Shown here: in pieces, positions 25,629 through 40,221 of the stretch
Layout: the number at the start of each line of letters is the position of its first letter
Numbering within the stretch: position 1 is the first letter of the stretch
Assembly: GCA_036785375.1 (NCBI GenBank)
Contig: JAWMAR010000134.1
Location: 6,014,001-6,078,000 of the forward strand
Reading direction: 5' to 3'
DNA from: Leucoraja ocellata
Lineage: Eukaryota
Length of the DNA stretch: 64,000 nt
Translations under genes and position numbers: made by a program
Notes under the pieces: generated by a model
Databases searched by the model: none
What the model was told of the DNA's origin: nothing
Seen by the model: only the letters and a program-made list of their open reading frames with translations

Positions 25629-25912
25629 GGTGACACAGTTGCGCAGCTAGTAGAGGTGGTGCCTCACAGGGCTAGAGACCCAGATTGAATCTTGAGTTCA
25701 GGTGCTGTGTGTGTAGAGTTTGCATGTTATCCCTGTAACCACCTTGATTTCCTCTTGATGCTCTAGTTTCCTCCCGCAACCCAAAGAAATGCAGGTTTGT
25801 AGGTTAACAGGCCTCTGTAAATTGCCACTAGTGTGTAGGGAGTGGATGAGAAAGTGGGATAGAACAAATGTGACTGGGTGATCGATGGTCAACGTAGACT
25901 TGCTGGGCCAAA
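25629..25912 (+). mobile_element. V-SINE (HE1-like)
   Basis: tRNA-like head, core gtagagtttgcatgtt, gtttcctccc, gcaggtttgtaggttaa. Confidence 0.85.
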
Positions 25913-25954
25913 CAGGAAGAAAACATGAGGAAGGGGCAGATGAAAGCAGGATAA

Positions 25955-26050
25955 AAGGGAGGGAGAGAGGGAGAGAAAGAGAGGGGGAGAGAGAGGGAGA
26001 GGGAGGGGCAGGGAGGGGGGCAGAGGGGGATTGGGGGAGGGAGGGGGGCA
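25955..26050. repeat. GA-rich low-complexity tract abutting the gap
   Basis: (GA/GGA)-rich purine run. Confidence 0.9.
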
Positions 26051-26192
26051 NNNNNNNNNNNNNNNNNNNNNNNNNNNNNNNNNNNNNNNNNNNNNNNNNN
26101 NNNNNNNNNNNNNNNNNNNNNNNNNNNNNNNNNNNNNNNNNNNNNNNNNNNNNNNNNNNNNNNNNNNNNNNNNNNNNNNNNNNNNNNNNNNN
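26051..26192. other. Assembly gap
   Basis: Run of N. Confidence 1.
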
Positions 26193-26494
26193 AGGAAATA
26201 CGATAACTATTTATATTCGTGACAGCATTGTTATCGTGATCTGGATGGTCTCTCCAAATACATGAGGCAATGAATGACTTTTGGAAGTAGGCATACTGGG
26301 AGTACTGGATGTAAGCTTTCTTTCTTTAAAAGAAAAGCAGATGGTTGAACCTTTCAGTTATGTTAATCAAGACACCAACGTCACTTTCAATATCGGATCA
26401 AATAGCACCTCTGGGTCTTGCTATTTCACTTAAAAGATGGAATACATTTAACTATACATTTCTATTTCTTTTATATTTTCTTAGGACAAATACT

Positions 26495-26760
26495 AGAGAG
26501 CAGAGCTTTAAGGTGTGAGGTGCAAAGTTTAAAGGATTTGTGCGGTGCAACTTTTTTTTTTAAACGGAGGGGAGCGAGTGCCTGGAACGCACTGCCGGAG
26601 TCGGTGGTTGTGACAGATACAATAGTGGCATTTAAGAGATTTTGGATAGGCATATGGATTAGCAGGGAATGGAGGGATGTGGGTTATGTACAAGTAGATC
26701 TGGGCGTCATGTTTGGCACGGACATTGTGCGCCGAAGGGCCTATTCTTATGCTTCATTGT
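26495..26760 (+). mobile_element. CR1 3' fragment
   Basis: FFKRRGASAWNALPESVV...FKRF motif and terminal gccgaagggcct. Confidence 0.7.
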
Positions 26761-26899
26761 TGCACGACATGGAGGTGCCGAGTCACCCCCTCAACTCCAT
26801 CCTCATTTTCATTTCCATTTTTTTTTTTTCAAATATCCTATTCTCTCACACATATCCATCAACCTCACTTTGATTGACCAATTCTCAGCTACATTAGGA

Positions 26900-27050
26900 G
26901 CCCACTTAACTTACCAACTCAAGTTTATGGGAAGCGGGAGGAAATCAAAGCACCCAGGGAAAATCCATAGTTGCAGGGTGATTGTGCAAACTTCACACAG
27001 ATGACACCAAATGTCAGTATCAAACCCATGTTGTTAGAGGTGCGAGCGTG
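26900..27050 (-). mobile_element. Degenerate V-SINE
   Basis: gggaggaaatcaaagcacccagggaaaatcca...tgcaaacttcacacaga is the reverse V-core. Confidence 0.65.
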
Positions 27051-27492
27051 TACTGTCATCATGTCTGAATGGATCAGATACTAATGAACACACTCTTAAT
27101 TCAGGAATTCAGGAATTAGTTAATCTTTTTACTTAAAAACTGCTCGGGTCTGCATGTTTGATGTTTGAAAGCAAATCAGGCCATATCAATGACTTTCAGT
27201 GTACCAGCAGAAAATAACTCAAATGGCAAGGATTCTGTTCTGTTCCATTTTCAAAATGTATTTGATTAAAAGCTAGGAGGCAAATTTGATTACAGCTAAC
27301 AGACATATTTTAAAATGCTTTGTGAGAATCTGTACCAATGATGTGCTTGTTGCAACTTGAAATATTTACATTTCAGAACATACAATGAAAGTCCTAAGAG
27401 GATGGCATGCCTGTTTCTCAGGATAGGTTGAATGAGCAAGAGACAGAGGGTGGGCCTAAGGCAAGGATGGGTGAGAGATGTACATGTGCAGC

Positions 27493-28034
27493 TAGGGTTG
27501 TCAACTTTCTCACTCCCAAATAAGGAACGAAAGGTCAAAATAAGGGACAAATTCCCGACGGCAATTCATTGACCGACACGGCCATGGCTGGGTGAATGAT
27601 GAGTTGGTCCGGGTGCTGGACTGCACACAAAGCCCAGCCAGACTTTACGCCTCCTTAAAACTCCTCAGCTGGCCCGCCGGCTGGGCTTTGTGCTCTGCAG
27701 CACGCGAAGTTCAGGACCCCATCCAACTCATGAACCGATGATCAGTCATGAGAAGGAGGGGTGGTGGCATCGGCGGTAAGCGAAGGTCGAAGGTCGGACA
27801 GCTGGCCGGACTGCCGACCGACGGAGCCACTGGCGAGGCGCTGCTGCTGAGCTCCATGGCCTGCACTACGTCGGGACAGGTAAGGCGGGGCCGGACTCGG
27901 CGCTCCAACCCGACAGTCCCCTCGACCCGAGTAGTAGCAGTCAAATACGGGACAAGGGCAATCCCGTATGGGACAAACCAATTTAGCCCAATATACGGGA
28001 TGTCCCGGCTAATACGGGACAGTTGGCAACCCTA
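27493..28034. mobile_element. Non-autonomous hAT element (Tip100-like TIR TAGGGTTGCCAAC)
   Basis: TIRs tagggttgtcaact / agttggcaacccta; 8-bp TSD tgtgcagc / tgtgtagc; repeated gggaca subterminal motifs. Confidence 0.85.
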
Positions 28035-28526
28035 TGTGTAGCATAAGAGTAGATGGTGCAGAGATGGAGGTTCAAGAGGGCTTTGAATAAGAAGCAAAGA
28101 TGGAGGATGAGACAAAATACTGCAAGATGCCAGATAAATCACAATCCTAAGGTTAAGTATGCAACAGAGATAAATGTTTACCTTTTGGTAAATGAGCGCT
28201 TTAAACAAAACCTACATCTCCCAGCACTGTCAGTTTTTCTCACGCTCATGTTCAGTTATTTTCCTACCAGTAATTAGTTATTACAGACTGCCTGCAGCTA
28301 CGTTAATATTCTACAATGACACCCATTGTACGCCTCCTCCTCTATATCTCCCAATTTCAGCAATTAGCTCCTAACCTCTTTATCTATATATAAAACAGTG
28401 GCATTTTCATTATATACATCTTTGTAAGGTGGTTCATGACAAATCATGTTTTACCAATTACCAAGAAAAAGATATAAAAGCAGGAAAACCCCAGAGTTAT
28501 TCAAATTCAAAATAGTGATTTATGTT

Positions 28527-28646
28527 GAGTCTGAAGAAGGGACCTGACCACAAATAGCCTTGGTCCAATGCCGCCTGACCCACTGAGTTCCACCAGCACT
28601 TCGCTTTTTGCACAAGATTCCAGCATCCGCAATGTTTTGCATCTCA
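28527..28646 (+). mobile_element. Hammerhead/Penelope-like short element
   Basis: gagtctgaagaagggacctgacc...ctgagttccaccagcac...ccagcatccgca; flanking repeat gatttatgtt (28517-26, 28647-56). Confidence 0.75.
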
Positions 28647-30420
28647 GATTTATGTTCAATGCCCTCAGTCCATCAAGAGCAACATTAATATTAATTCAAT
28701 TGTTTGATTCACATTCGCCCTATTCCTCTTCACAGTTGGTGGTATTAGTGAACAAATAATTAATTTTGTGTTATTGTTACACATGGTTTTTGCACTGAAG
28801 AAATAGTTCTATTACTTTTGCTAGTGCCACAGTACACAGTGGGTCCATTCAGCCCCAACACTGCTTATATCCTGCCTGGTCTCTTCTATACTATTTGTAG
28901 ATTCATCAACAAAGCAGGTAATCTCCAGAATGGTTCCAATTCACTAAAGGAGCAGCCAGTGATGACATGAGGTCAGGCGCATGGAGATTAAGGTAGAGGC
29001 TGAAAAACCAAGAAAGAACTCAATTCCTCTCAATATATGTCTGCTCCCCCCCATCCACACAAATCCCTCCCAATGGCTGGACCAAGACCATGGACTCGCT
29101 GGAGGCTGGAAATCCGGCTTCATTGGTTCACTTGACAAGGGGCCATTATCAGAAGGAGAAGAGAGGCAGGAATTGCGTCCAGACCCTGGTTCATAGCCAG
29201 ATCTATACTCAGGTGAACTGTACCAGTGGGCACATGATTAGCAGGTTGGAAAGGAGCACCAGAAATAATTAATAATATAGCAGCAGACAAGACAGAAAAA
29301 AGTGAAACAGGTAGAGTTATGCAACTTGTACCTTTGAGCATGTGAAAATATCAATCAATATGGTTATTGTAAAATGTGTTTCTTGTGACAATGATATGGT
29401 TATGAATAACTTTTAAGGTGTTTCTGCAGAAAATAATTTTCCTTTCAGCATATAATTATCAGACAGCTGTGGAATTATAATTATAACTTTCAAAAATATT
29501 TTTAAAAAACGCAGATTTACAATTCAAATTCTAACAGATATTATGGATGCTGCGATCCAATTATCGCCCTGTGTTAGGTTTTCAGCAAATAAAACAGTGA
29601 AGCAAAATGCTCACTCGTTGAGACAGTCAAAATTTACAAAGAGCAACACTAACGTTATATCTTGCAACAAGAATCAATACATAATAAAAGCTAAATACAA
29701 TCTAGACATTTTCAAGTAGGTAAATCACTGACGTTCAATTTTATTCATATTCAACTCCTCAGAAATTGAATCAGTCCACATCTGCATGGAGCATGTCCTC
29801 AACAATATCCAGGTATGAGGTGATTAGTGGCTGGTAACATTTGTGCCTCAGAGAATGCAGGCAATGACCGTTTCCAATGAGACGAAAGCCTGACCAACTA
29901 CCCCACTTTAAACACAAAATCTACCCCATAAATGCAACTGGACAGGACATCAAACTACCGTTACCCAAATAACAGCCCAAAAACAGAGCATCAGGTTGTA
30001 AGCAGCTCACATCCAAATGACCATTACCAACTTGTGCAATGCACACAATTTGCTTGGATACAGTTCCAACATTCAAGAATACTAGTCCAGGCTTCTGTAA
30101 CTCTCAAATCCTGCACCAGTCAAGGGAGCAGCAATTCCACCCGCTACAGGTTCCACTGCAAGTCACACAGCATCAAATATACTGCCGCTGCTTATTGTCA
30201 CTGTTTATGAGTCCTGGAACTTCTATCTCACAGCTCTTGAAGTTCCTTTACCAAACACAGTGTAATAATTCTACAGCATGCCTCACACCATCTAAAGAGC
30301 AATGAGTGAGATACAATAAATATTAACTTTGTCAGTGACACTCATCGCGCAAAGTAATAACAATAATGTTGTAAATGAATGAGTCAGGGGCTGCACCCAC
30401 TTAGATATGCAATAACGTAA

Positions 30421-31004
30421 AGGGCCTGTCCCACTTAGGCGATTGTTTTGGCGACTGTCACAGTCATAGCAGGTAGCCCAAAAAGCAGCAAATGGACCCC
30501 CCTCCCCCACGACAATGTCTACGACAAGCTACGACAACCTACTACTTAGTCGATGTCAAGCTACGGCAAGTTACCGACAACCATCGACCCATTAGGGCGT
30601 CCACCTACAACACAGGCGACAACCTACGACAACCTATGTCCACTTGCGACAAACTACGACAAGCAACGACCCTGTCGGCGACAACTGAAAACAACTGAAG
30701 ACAATCGTCGTCAGTACCCGTCACCGGTTGACGTAGGTAGTCGCTAATGGAATTCACCGCAGTCAGCACCAACCAACGTTGCCTGGCGACAACCTGCGTC
30801 CTCCTGGCGACAACCTGCAACAGCACCTACGACAGGAGAAGACAAGCTACGTCAAGCCCACAGTCGCCGAAAAGCTTTGAACGTTCTATAATCCAGTGGC
30901 GACCAGAAAAACGTTACGACTCTTTAGGCGACTTGAGGAGACTACTCATGACAGCCTAATCGCCTGTAGTCGTTGAAAAAAAACGCCTAAGTGGGACAGG
31001 GGCT
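30421..31004. mobile_element. PIF/Harbinger MITE with a CGACAA-rich interior
   Basis: TIRs agggcctgtcccacttaggcg / cgcctaagtgggacaggggct; TAA TSD at 30418-20 and 31005-07. Confidence 0.88.
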
Positions 31005-32499
31005 TAAGACACAGAAATCATTTTGCAGGAGGGAGGGAGGCATCGCACAGAATAGCAACAAGGGAGAATTTGAGGAGGGGGAGAGCAGGAGAGGGGGAAC
31101 AGGAGAGAGAGAGGGCAATTACTGGGAGGCAATTAAATCTGACCAAATTTTTTACAGAAACATATTAGTCAGGTTAGATCAGTTTTGGATTCCTATGTTC
31201 ATTTCTGATTAAAAAAGCAAGCAATTGCCTGGATTATAATGACACAACAAATGAAAAAGGCTAGGAAGATATCAAGAATCTTATTTGGGATTTAAAATAT
31301 TAACTGGCATCAATTAAGTTATAGCCAGATTATGCTAAAGGCAGAAAAATGTTGAAGAGCCAAGACAGGAACAACATGTTTATTGAAAACACTGTTTCAG
31401 CTGTGGTGGAGTGGAATAGAACCTAGAATTGTACAGCACAGGAATGTGGCCTTCACCCCACAATGTTTATGCCGAACATGATGCTGTTAAACACATCTCA
31501 TCTGCCTGTATATGATCCATATATCGCGATTCCCTGTACTTCCATGTGGCTGTTTCAAAAGCCTCTTAAACGCCACTATCATATCTGCCTCCGCCACCAC
31601 ACCTCGCAATACACAATAGACAATGCTACAATAGACAATACTGGTATTGCTATTCGATGAACAGTATGACTCCAAAAGTCACTTTATGTAGAAAAATAGA
31701 CCATTAAAAGAGCAGAATCAACAGGAAATACGGATATGTCTCCAAATAAAAGCAGGCTACTTTTTTTTAGAAAAATCCAACGAGCAAAGGACTGTTAGAT
31801 TTAAGGTTGTGACCATCAAACTTGATAGGCAGTGCTGTTACCCAATTAACTTCACACTGTCTGGTTACAGCATTATCATTTCATGCACCAGAGGACAGAT
31901 TCCACGCAAAATGCACAATTTAGTGTGGATAAATACATGACAATTTGGACATTAATGTGGAAAAAGAAAAGCATTGGACTCGAACATATAGTAACGACAG
32001 GAAGGTGAATTAATTGGCATAAAATCCTTCTCTGATCCAACTTTATATGATAAGCAAAGATTTGCACTGACATAGCAATTCAGCAAGTTTCTTGAATGTA
32101 GCATACTCAATCAAAGATTTTGATGTGTTGCTGCACACTGATAGGAAAAAAAAAATCAGCCATCACTGTGCATAAAAGAAACAAATTGACATTTGTTATC
32201 AAATCCGGAACATGGATTACAATGTTGTTGAATGCAAGAGACCTTCTATATCCAATTTGTGTGATAGGCATATAGAATAAATTCACACTATTAGACAACA
32301 ATACCTTAAAATAAGGGATATGTACCTTCCCCACAACAATACCATTATCATTGTCCCCCAACTTCAAGCATCACTAGTCCTGTGCCCAAAGCTGAGATTG
32401 AGCCATACCCCAAAAAACAGATTGTCCCATTTGGCCCAAGCAGAGCTTCTAGCCCAATTTTCTTTGGAAATGTAAATAACATCCCTTTTCTTTATCTCA

Positions 32500-33250
32500 A
32501 AATCACATCATAATACTGCTTTAAATTCTATTTGCCATTTGTTCCCACTTTCAAAATTGATCAATATCCTGTCGTATTCTTAGATAACCTTTCTATCTGT
32601 CCACAACATTACGAATTTACAGATCAAGCCATCTATCTATATTATTCTCCATGTAATTAATATATATGCTAAACAGAGGGACCAGCATCAATTCCTAAGG
32701 TACACCACTGGTCACAAGCCACCAAATATTTAAGCCAGATATATTTAAGGTGGAAATATTTAAGGCAGAGATAGATAGATTCGTAATTAAAATGTGTGTC
32801 AGGGATTATGGGGAGACAGCAGGAGAATGGGGTTAGGATGGAGTGATAGATCAGCCATGATTGAATGGCAGTAGATTTCAGGGGCTGAATGGCCTAATTC
32901 TGCTCCTATCACATGATCTTATGAACCTTCCACTATCACCAAAAATATTTGAAATCCAATTAGCAAACTCTGGATCCCACTTGTTCAAACATTCTGGAGT
33001 TTGAATATTCTGAATATTCAAGGACTATATCCTCCGCATCACTCATGTTGGTTGCCACTTCAAAAACTTGTGAGCTATGATTTGCCAGGCACAAAGTGAT
33101 CCTGGCTATCCATCACCTGGCTCTGCTTTTCTAAATGCAAATAAGCCCTGTCTCTCAGAATATTCTCCAATAAATTTCCCACCACAGATGCAAGGCTCAC
33201 CAGCCTTTAGTTGCTTATATTAGTTTAGAGCTCTCCTTCTGGAATAAAGG
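32500..33250. mobile_element. Old minus-strand CR1 RT relic with a plus-strand CR1 3' end (about 32740-32925) inserted
   Basis: gattatggggagacagcaggagaatgggg...gaatggcctaattctgctcct lies inside decayed RT sequence (ggtacaccactggtcac). Confidence 0.6.
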
Positions 33251-36200
33251 CACATTAACTCAAACCTACATCATTACTGGATGGAATTAAACAAATGTGA
33301 AAACTAAAATCAAGATTTTCATTAGGTTAATTCTAAGAAATATAAGCAAACAAAAGTCTGGGAACTGAAATAATTATTCAGACCAATGTATCTATAGCTT
33401 TCAGAAAGAATTTTGATAGTGATATTTTTCTACATCTTTTCTAATCTCTAAGTGGTAAACAATAACCAAGATAGAGATTTCCATTCCAAAGATAATAAAA
33501 GTATACTTTAATGCCCCAGAACTGTAGCATTATAAAGACCCAACCAATTAAATTCCCCAAATCACTGTTGGGCTAGAAACATCACGACCTATTGCCACCT
33601 GCCATACATATCTGCATTTGGAAAATTAGACTGAATATGAATTATTGAGAATGAAATCATGCGACAAGTCAAAGTATATTCATTTATTACATGGCTTCTA
33701 AAGCGTGATAAAATAATGGGGAAGTTGCATAATTCAGGATTTCCAGGATAGTGGGAAGGTCATTCGCTCTTCTTTCACCCTAAAGATTTGCAATCACCAA
33801 TTCACTCCCCCTCCCATCAATAATTTTGTGGTATGAAATGAAGCATTTCTGCTGGATTCTGTGCATTAAGCAAGGGCTGGCAGACAAGAAACAAATTAAA
33901 CGTCCTCTACTATATCTTAGCAACATCTGCAAATCACAATTTTTGCAAAGCACCTCGACTGCATCAATGTCAATTTAATTTTAGACCAATTTATTTTGGT
34001 AAAATTAGTCAGAACTATCACACAAGAACCTTAAAATGAATAGTGAAATATTTTCGAACAAATATTGATCTTAATTATTTGGTGTGGATTTAGTTTCATT
34101 AACAAAAGACCCTCTGCCGTATCATCTGTATCATCAACTCTCAATTATGATTAGGATTCTCTGCAGGTCAATGATTTAATTCCAAGCACCTGGACATTAG
34201 ATGATATTTCAGTATTTGGTCTGTGCTTAACAAAGCAGGAACACATCATCATGTCTCTGGGTTAAGATCAAGATATCAAGGCCCTTGTTCCTGGTTATCA
34301 ACCAGTCATCCTTGTTGAAAGTGCATGTGAATACAATGTTCCCAGTGGACACTCAGCCAAGTGTTCTGTCCAAATATTGGACAGAATCAGCACCATGTTT
34401 TGGATGATTAAGCTAAGACCCTGTCTGGTTTCGGGTGGCTACAATATATCCTAAAGCACTATTCATACAAAACATGGGTTTTGGCCTAGTGACATGGCCA
34501 TTTCCTTTTCAACATCAGTAATCAGACCTGTCAAATAAGAATACTCACATTTAGTGCAGCAACACAAAGAGTTTTATTTCTTTAAGCTTTCTACAATAGA
34601 AACACATTTGCTTTTTAATAGCGCGTCATTTGCAGTACAGTTTGCTATGTCCTAAGTGTGAGGCAGGCACTGAATAAATGCAAATCTGTCTTTAATTTGT
34701 TCTTTAAAAAGCCCTTGTTGGCATTTATTCAGATGTAACTGAAAAACAAAGCAGTGAAAATAAAACTTCTATTATTGTCCTCCACATAATTTTAAGTGCA
34801 GAAGCATCAAATTTACATCTTAAAACAATGCCTGTTATGGTATAATTAGGTTTCCTAATAAAGATACTTCTTTTAAAGTAACATCGACTGTACAGATAGA
34901 CACTGTAATTAATTTACAAATTATATGCAAGAAGTTGTTCAGGACAGGAAGCAACAGTGCACTGTCCAAATCATTCCTGATTAGATTATATGGCTGTAGC
35001 CCATAGATAAATAGTTGAAATAGCCATAATAGTAATAATAAAACTAAATGGCAGCACCTGGCTTTGAGTAGCATGTATTGCAGCTGAATATCATACTTTT
35101 CTTTTCTAGCAATGACCAAATTGAACATCCAGTCAGATCAATTACCTGACATGGCATTGGGCCCAACTTAATGCCAAGATATATTTTAAGAGGTGCAAGT
35201 GAACCTATGCATAATATACATTGTTACCATTAAAATAACTTACCACGCATCTTAAATGACACGTTCTTTTGAAAGTGCAATATCTGCAGTTAAATATCTC
35301 AAACATCACAACAAGTCTTCCTGGATTACAAAAATTCCATTCCTGTGAACGGAAGCCTTTGAAATTGAGATTTAATATTGAAACACAGAAAATATTGGTC
35401 CTTTTTGGCTACTTCACCTCAGTCAAGGGAATCATCCGCCAAGCATCCAGTCTGGCTAGCTCTGTCGAAATTTTTAATGTTTCAATTAGAACACCTCACA
35501 TTCTTCAAAACTCTGGTCAATATGAACCTTGTAAAACTAATCAATTCTTATACTGCATTCCCATGTTCCCCCTATACCAAATATATCGTTTTTAAATAGT
35601 ACACTCTTTCTGGGTTTTCTACCAACATGGATAACTCCACATCTATCCACATTAGCCTGCATCTCCATGGTCCGATCCACTTGCTCAATATTTTAAAGTC
35701 ATTTGTAGCCTCGATATATTCTCCCTAGAATTCACAATCTTACCCTGTTTTGTGTTGCTGACAAACTTGGAACTATCACATTTCAGTCCTACATCTAAAT
35801 TATTTATATGTATTATTAGTAGCTGAACCACAAGGTCTGCAAGCAGTGATAGCTCACCAGCCTGCTACTTGAAAATGATCTATTTACTCCTACCCTCTTA
35901 TTTTCCATGTTTCTATGTAACAAAGCTGAGTAGTGAGCTAACAAAGAGTAGCAGCTGGAGATGTGACACGCAGCAATGAGCCAAAGGATAGTTTTAAGAA
36001 ATAAACTTAAAAGTATTTATTATATTCTACAGAAAAAATATTACTAATATTTTTGCAATGACATGATTAATTTTATATGTCAGAAGAATTACAATTGAAG
36101 TTGGTTCATCAAAACTATAATAAAGAAAATGACTTAGGAAATTAAGACAGTGCGTGGGATTATGTATGTTTAGAGGAAACTTCTAAATTCAAAAAAGCAA

Positions 36201-36326
36201 ATCACTTGCAAATAAAGCCATTAAAAAGATGAATGTATATAACAACATTTCCATTTATATACTTTCAATCTCATACATTTCAGAAAATGCTAATTAACTT
36301 GATAATCTATTTTTCATAGTTTATAT

Positions 36327-36940
36327 GGGCAGCGCAGTAGCACAGCGGTAGAGTTGCTGTCTCAAGGGCCTGTCCCACTTTCCCGAGTTATTCACAAATT
36401 CTCCCGAGCTTTCAAACTCGCAGATTGTTCGTAACGTGTTTGTAGGAGGCCGTGGATATATCGTAGTGGCTCGTTATGCCAGCCGTAGGTACTCAGGGCT
36501 ATTTTTTTACTCGTGGCCATTTTTCAACATGCTGAAAAAACGTCCCGACTTACCTGATGCCCCGAGTACCTACTGCTGGCATAACGAGCCGCTACGATAT
36601 ATCCACAGACTCCTACGGACTCATTATGGCCATTCTGTGAGTTTGAAAACTCGGGAGAATTTGTGAATAACTGGGGAAAATGGGGCAGACCCTTTACAGT
36701 GCCAGAGCTCTGGGTTCGATCTTGACTACGGGTGCTGTCTCTGCGGAGTTTGTATATCCACGTGTTCTCCCTGTGACCACGTGGATTTTCTCCGGGTGTT
36801 CCGATTTCCTCCCACATTCTAAAGACATACAGGTTTGTCGGTTAATTGGCTTCTGTAAATTGTCCCTAGAGTGTCGGATAGAACTAATGTATGGGTGTTC
36901 GTTGGTCAGCGCGGACTCATTGGGCCACTATATCTCTGAA
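36327..36940 (+). mobile_element. V-SINE interrupted by a Harbinger MITE
   Basis: Head ggcagcgcagtagcacagcggtagagttgctg; resumes ttacagtgccagag...gggttcgatc at 36694. Confidence 0.85.
36365..36693. mobile_element. PIF/Harbinger MITE
   Basis: About 55-bp TIRs beginning agggcctgtcccactttcccgagttattcacaaattctcccgag; TCA/TTA flanks. Confidence 0.88.
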
Positions 36941-37783
36941 CTAATACTTCAAAGTGCAGCCATGATTGTAATGTGGAGACTCTGAAGTCAATTTGTGCAT
37001 GGCAAGCTCCCACAAAAAAAAAAATTATGGTGATTGACAAGTGTGTTTTGGAATTACTGATAAAGGAATAAACACTGGTCAGGGTAAAAATTGGCACAAA
37101 GTGAGGCAACATTCTTAGGAGGACTATCAGTTTGATCAACAATTGTCATAAGCACCTGCAAGACAAAGTTGAAAGTCGTGCGTAGGTGATCATTGCCTAT
37201 CATTGTGTTCTAAGATTAGGTCCGCAAGACCCCAGCTAAAAATACAAGAACTTTCTGTCATTTGCCAGGTGCGATATTGGGAAAACTGCTAGATTGCACC
37301 AGAAACAGATACAGCGCCTCCATGGGCTGGCTGCGTCTTCATCAAACTCAGTTAGTACCAGACTCACGTGGACCAGCTACAAGTTTATGAGCACCTAATG
37401 ACAGATTCCAGAGCATCTGGCATTTTGTTTCATCTCTGGACTTATAAGGATCCCAATTGGGCAGAGACTCCCCAACTTTACTCCAGTGAATATGCTTCTG
37501 CCATCCCATACCAGTCAAACTGTGGACTAGTTATCATAATCTGGAAAGGGGATTCCTAGCCATATAAATGATATATAAAAATATATATTTGAAATAATTT
37601 CACGAAAATGGATTTAACAGTTTGTTGTCTAGTATTTTAAATTTTAAAAGTGAACTTTTAACATTAACTTAAAAGTTGTTTAATGCTATCAATAAAGCAT
37701 TCAAGTTGTTTGATAGCTGGTTTAATCTGGCAATTGAAGTCAGGCAAAGGGGATAAACTTCAAGCTGACTTATTTGAAGAGGT

Positions 37784-37937
37784 GTAGAATGGAACTGCAG
37801 ATGCTGATATATACCGAAAATAGACAAAGTGCTGGAGCAACTCAGCCAGCCAGGCAGCATCTCTGGAGGAAAAAATGGGTGACATTTCGGGTTGGGACCT
37901 TTCTTCAGATTTATACTTGTTCAGACTGTGTCTATCC
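37784..37937 (-). mobile_element. Hammerhead/Penelope-like element with a tiny inverted arm
   Basis: Full arm plus inverted tgtgtctatc; perfect 13-bp TSD tatttgaagaggt (37771-83, 37938-50). Confidence 0.85.
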
Positions 37938-40221
37938 TATTTGAAGAGGTTCTTGCCGGAAGATTCACTAAAGTAAAACCAGATTAAATACATAGGTTGA
38001 GATTACGGACTAGCTCTCCAAATATTACCAATTAAATGGCAAAAACGTTTAGCCTGAATTTTTACTTGTGGAAAGGATAGTCGAGAAAAGGCTCTGGGTG
38101 AGTGTTAAAACTTCTTGAATGACGAATAAAATACATTTGTTACAAAAATTCAGTTCAAGTTTGGTGCAACCAAAGGGTGGAGTAGGATATACTTGGCTCC
38201 ATATAATGCCATCTTTATGTGGGGTATCCAACCCAGTGGCAACATGGACAACATTATTTGAGGAATACTTCCATTGGTGATTGGCAAGTTGATGAAATTC
38301 TGTCAGGAGAGGCTATTTTCAGTCATTTACACAGTAATCAAGTACATGAGGGATTTGAGTTCAACATATGTATTGCATGGCAACATTCTGATTGAGTCAA
38401 TAGAATAGAGGTGTTCGACTTGAACGAAAGACTTACTTACAGAGTACCTCATCAATCACAGAATCAAAGGCTGCAGGAGGAGGCACCATGACAATATCGG
38501 CTTTCTGAAATAGCTAACCACTTAGTTCAAAGCTCATCATATTTAATTAAAAATCTAATGCAGCATCCAAACTGCACACCGCAAGGCCTGACAAATGAGA
38601 TGAATTTGTTATTTTCTTAATATACTGCTTAACTGAAACAGTCTGTGGTTGGACACACATATAGTTGGTGTTTACTGAAACGACAGACCTCAGAACAAGT
38701 ACTTTCTCAACTGTAACATTTCCTCTGACATTAACTGCTGGAAAAAGCAGACTGCCTTGATTATATTGGACTGAGAGATTACCAGGTTATGTTGTCAAAG
38801 ACTGAAATGAAACTATGACTCAAAAAGCAAGTTAATTAAGCAGATAATCCTGATTTATAATCAATAGACAAGATTTTTGTGCAATAAATGGTTTAAACTT
38901 CAGATTAGTGCTCAGTAGCACTAAATTTCTACATGTATAGTGGACTCAATAATGACCCAGAACCATGACATTTAAAACTACTGCTACAATTACATTTAGG
39001 ACAAGGAAATGTAATCATTAAAGGATGATTATAGGGAATTGTGTATGGCTGGAGACATACAGAAATAAAATCTAATTTAAAATAAAATCTAGATGACTTA
39101 AAATACAAAGCCAATACTCTGGCTGCCTCAATCAAGTGCATGTAATAGGACCTAGCTTTAAACTGATGAAAGCCTTCTAATCACAAGCAAAGTTCCATTG
39201 CTGGGAACTCTATAATTCGGCATAAAGTGCACAATAGGAAAGAAAACTCATGCAAAATCCAACTTTAAATGCAACTTCAAAATATCCCCAAACCATATGT
39301 TTGATTTTAGAATATTCCTTTCCCAATAATGCATTGATTAGTATCTATGTTAATCTTTAACCAAACTTCAAATTCAAGGTTCACAAAAATCTAAAATCAC
39401 CCCGACAACATGTGTGAAAATTATTTTGTACAATAAACCTACAAAGATTCTCTTTTCAAATAGACAATTAATATCTTACAGCTATTTTCTCCAAAGCAAT
39501 AATCAGTAAGATTGAAGCTGAAGATATTCAGAATGTGAAAATTTCAGTCGAGATTATATCAGACTACCATTCCTTATCTAACGTTAAATCTCACAATCAA
39601 ATATGCAAATTAAATCATTAACATAATTATAGGTTTTCTTCAGCTATATGATGATTATATTTAGAAATCTTATAATGATGCTCTTCCTGTCTAATTTCTT
39701 GGGGAAATCACTTTTTCCTAATTAACCGGATTCGCCACAAACTAAGTCAGATCTAATCATCATAGCTCATTAGAGGTGTCCCTATTAACATTAAGGACCC
39801 TTAAATTTGAACCAAGTTTAGTTGCAGCACAAGTTTAGAGCAATGCTACTTTGTTAGTTTACCACAAATTATCATCCAAGTCCTGAAGAGGATGCTAAAG
39901 TGTTGGTCATGCATGTTGCAACCATCACATTGATTGCAATTGGCAGTCTTGCCACTCGAAACAACTCCACTTGTGGCCTACTTAATTAGAACTGGGTGTA
40001 ACGTGGTTCCTTTCCCCTGCCAACAAAGGTGGGACAATTCAGCAAACATAAATCGATCTCTCGCTGCTCAACATGGAATTTATTTATTTAATTTATGGCC
40101 CAGCACGATATAGCATTTCTTAAATCAAATGAGCAATAATAAATGCTGGTGTATAACATGGAATCCCCAGAAAAAAATTAATTTCAACAAATGTTTGTGG
40201 TGAATGAAGAACAGGCACTTC

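Noticed and set aside
25885-26265. ORFs spanning N runs (also 54225-54530)
   Set aside because: Artefacts of assembly gaps.
30520-30900. Recurring cgacaacct units suggesting a CRISPR-like array
   Set aside because: Short, irregular motifs inside a TIR/TSD-bounded MITE; no constant repeat-spacer period, and the genome is a vertebrate one.
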